From Pseudomonas phage BRkr, in the sequence record LC765218.1: a DNA stretch of 64,000 nucleotides. The stretch is one strand, 5' to 3'. Below the pieces are notes generated by a model, which did not search any database, was not told the origin of the DNA, and saw only the letters and a program-made list of their open reading frames with translations. Position numbers and translations under genes: made by a program. Shown here one piece after another: positions 63,347 to 64,000 of the stretch (position 1 is the stretch's first letter; each line of letters starts with the position of its first letter).

Positions 63347-64000
63347 ATGGACACTCGTCAGAATCCAGCAAATCGCCCGCAATTAAAAGATAGTCCTCAG
63401 GAAGAACTTCCGGATATGATCGTCAATGATCATGAACAAGAATTCAAAGATTTGTTTGAAGCCCATATCGCTATTGAAGCTTATCTTGATCAATTAACTG
63501 ATGCAGGTCGAGATGGCCTAAGTTTACAAACTCGTAAGTTCATGGCTATTGGTCTTGAGCATATAGACCGTATTCTTGGTAAACAAGAACGTGTATCGAT
63601 TGAAGCACTTCTTACTGATCCAACTATTTCACAAGAGTCACTAGTTGATCGTTTAAAAGAGGTGGGTAGAAAAATCCTTGAGCTCATCGAAAAGATAATC
63701 GATGAAGCTAAACTACTCGCGCAACGTGTTATCTCTGGTATCAGCTCAACTGAAAAGAAAACAGAAGAGCTTCTTAAGTTAGCTCAACAGAGCAGCAATA
63801 AGAAAGCCAGTATGGAATTCCATGACAACGGTACAACTATCACTGTTAATGGAGCTTCCAAGCTTTTTGCAGGCTCTGAGTTCTGCCTGGATGATTTCAA
63901 AGCTGAAACCACTGTAATGAAGTTCTTCATTAATACTTACCCGAAGTACCTTGTCGATAATATTAATCGGCTATGTAAGTCCATTAAGAGTTACGATGTA
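63347..64000 (+). CDS. paralogous-family protein, 5' partial (runs off the window end)
   Basis: ATG 63347; FKDLFEAHIAIEAYLDQL...LQTRKFMAIGLEHIDRILGKQERVSIEAL...RLKEVGRKILELIEKIIDEAK parallels the blocks of 62010 and 59296; no stop within the window. Confidence 0.45.
   Translation, partial: MDTRQNPANRPQLKDSPQEELPDMIVNDHEQEFKDLFEAHIAIEAYLDQLTDAGRDGLSLQTRKFMAIGLEHIDRILGKQERVSIEALLTDPTISQESLVDRLKEVGRKILELIEKIIDEAKLLAQRVISGISSTEKKTEELLKLAQQSSNKKASMEFHDNGTTITVNGASKLFAGSEFCLDDFKAETTVMKFFINTYPKYLVDNINRLCKSIKSYDV

Noticed and set aside
1-64000. CRISPR array, integrase/transposase or other mobile-element hallmarks
   Set aside because: The only dispersed repeats are terminator hairpins and promoter motifs with no regular spacer architecture. 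No ORF shows integrase (R..H..R..Y) or DDE signatures. HNH/GIY-YIG homing-endonuclease motifs were looked for and not found.

Overview
The window reads as a dense, almost entirely coding stretch of a nucleus-forming jumbo phage (phiKZ-like / Chimalliviridae-type). No rRNA, tRNA, CRISPR array or transposase could be supported. Most of the ~65 protein genes have no recognisable motifs. The strongest sequence-level calls are split multisubunit RNA polymerase genes: a beta-prime N-terminal part with zinc finger and NADFDGD at 18190-19656, a beta C-terminal part at 30357-32468, a beta-prime C-terminal part at 32495-34468, and a second beta-prime-like bridge-helix/zinc segment at 41347-42690, implying two RNAP sets as in phiKZ. 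Immediately upstream of the beta-prime N gene is a strongly codon-optimised 621-aa gene (15932-17797) that I propose is the chimallin (ChmA) nuclear-shell protein. A family B DNA polymerase appears split into two genes 35 kb apart on opposite strands: exonuclease motifs plus motif A in 45929-47872 (-), and motifs B and C (DTDS) in 8797-10947 (+). Other calls: an SF2 helicase (34525-36059) whose Walker A motif is interrupted by a -1 frame change exactly at a canonical slippery heptamer G_GGA_AAA; an Mre11/SbcD-like nuclease; an SSB-like protein with a Gly-rich tail ending DDSIPDF; a Kelch-repeat beta-propeller protein; a tandem array of six small multi-pass membrane proteins; and a paralogous family of acidic proteins resembling phiKZ inner-body proteins. 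Two recurrent non-coding signals explain most intergenic regions. One is an AT-rich TCTATAT(T/A)AC motif 25-70 nt upstream of at least seven genes, resembling the phiKZ early-promoter consensus. The other is a palindromic element, CATAAAG - GC hairpin - CTTTATG(Y)CG, in about 20 copies, which looks like intrinsic terminators fused to a TATG late-promoter-like core. Every homology statement is motif-level reading by eye; no search was run. Coordinates of motifs I counted by hand may be off by 1-2 nt.
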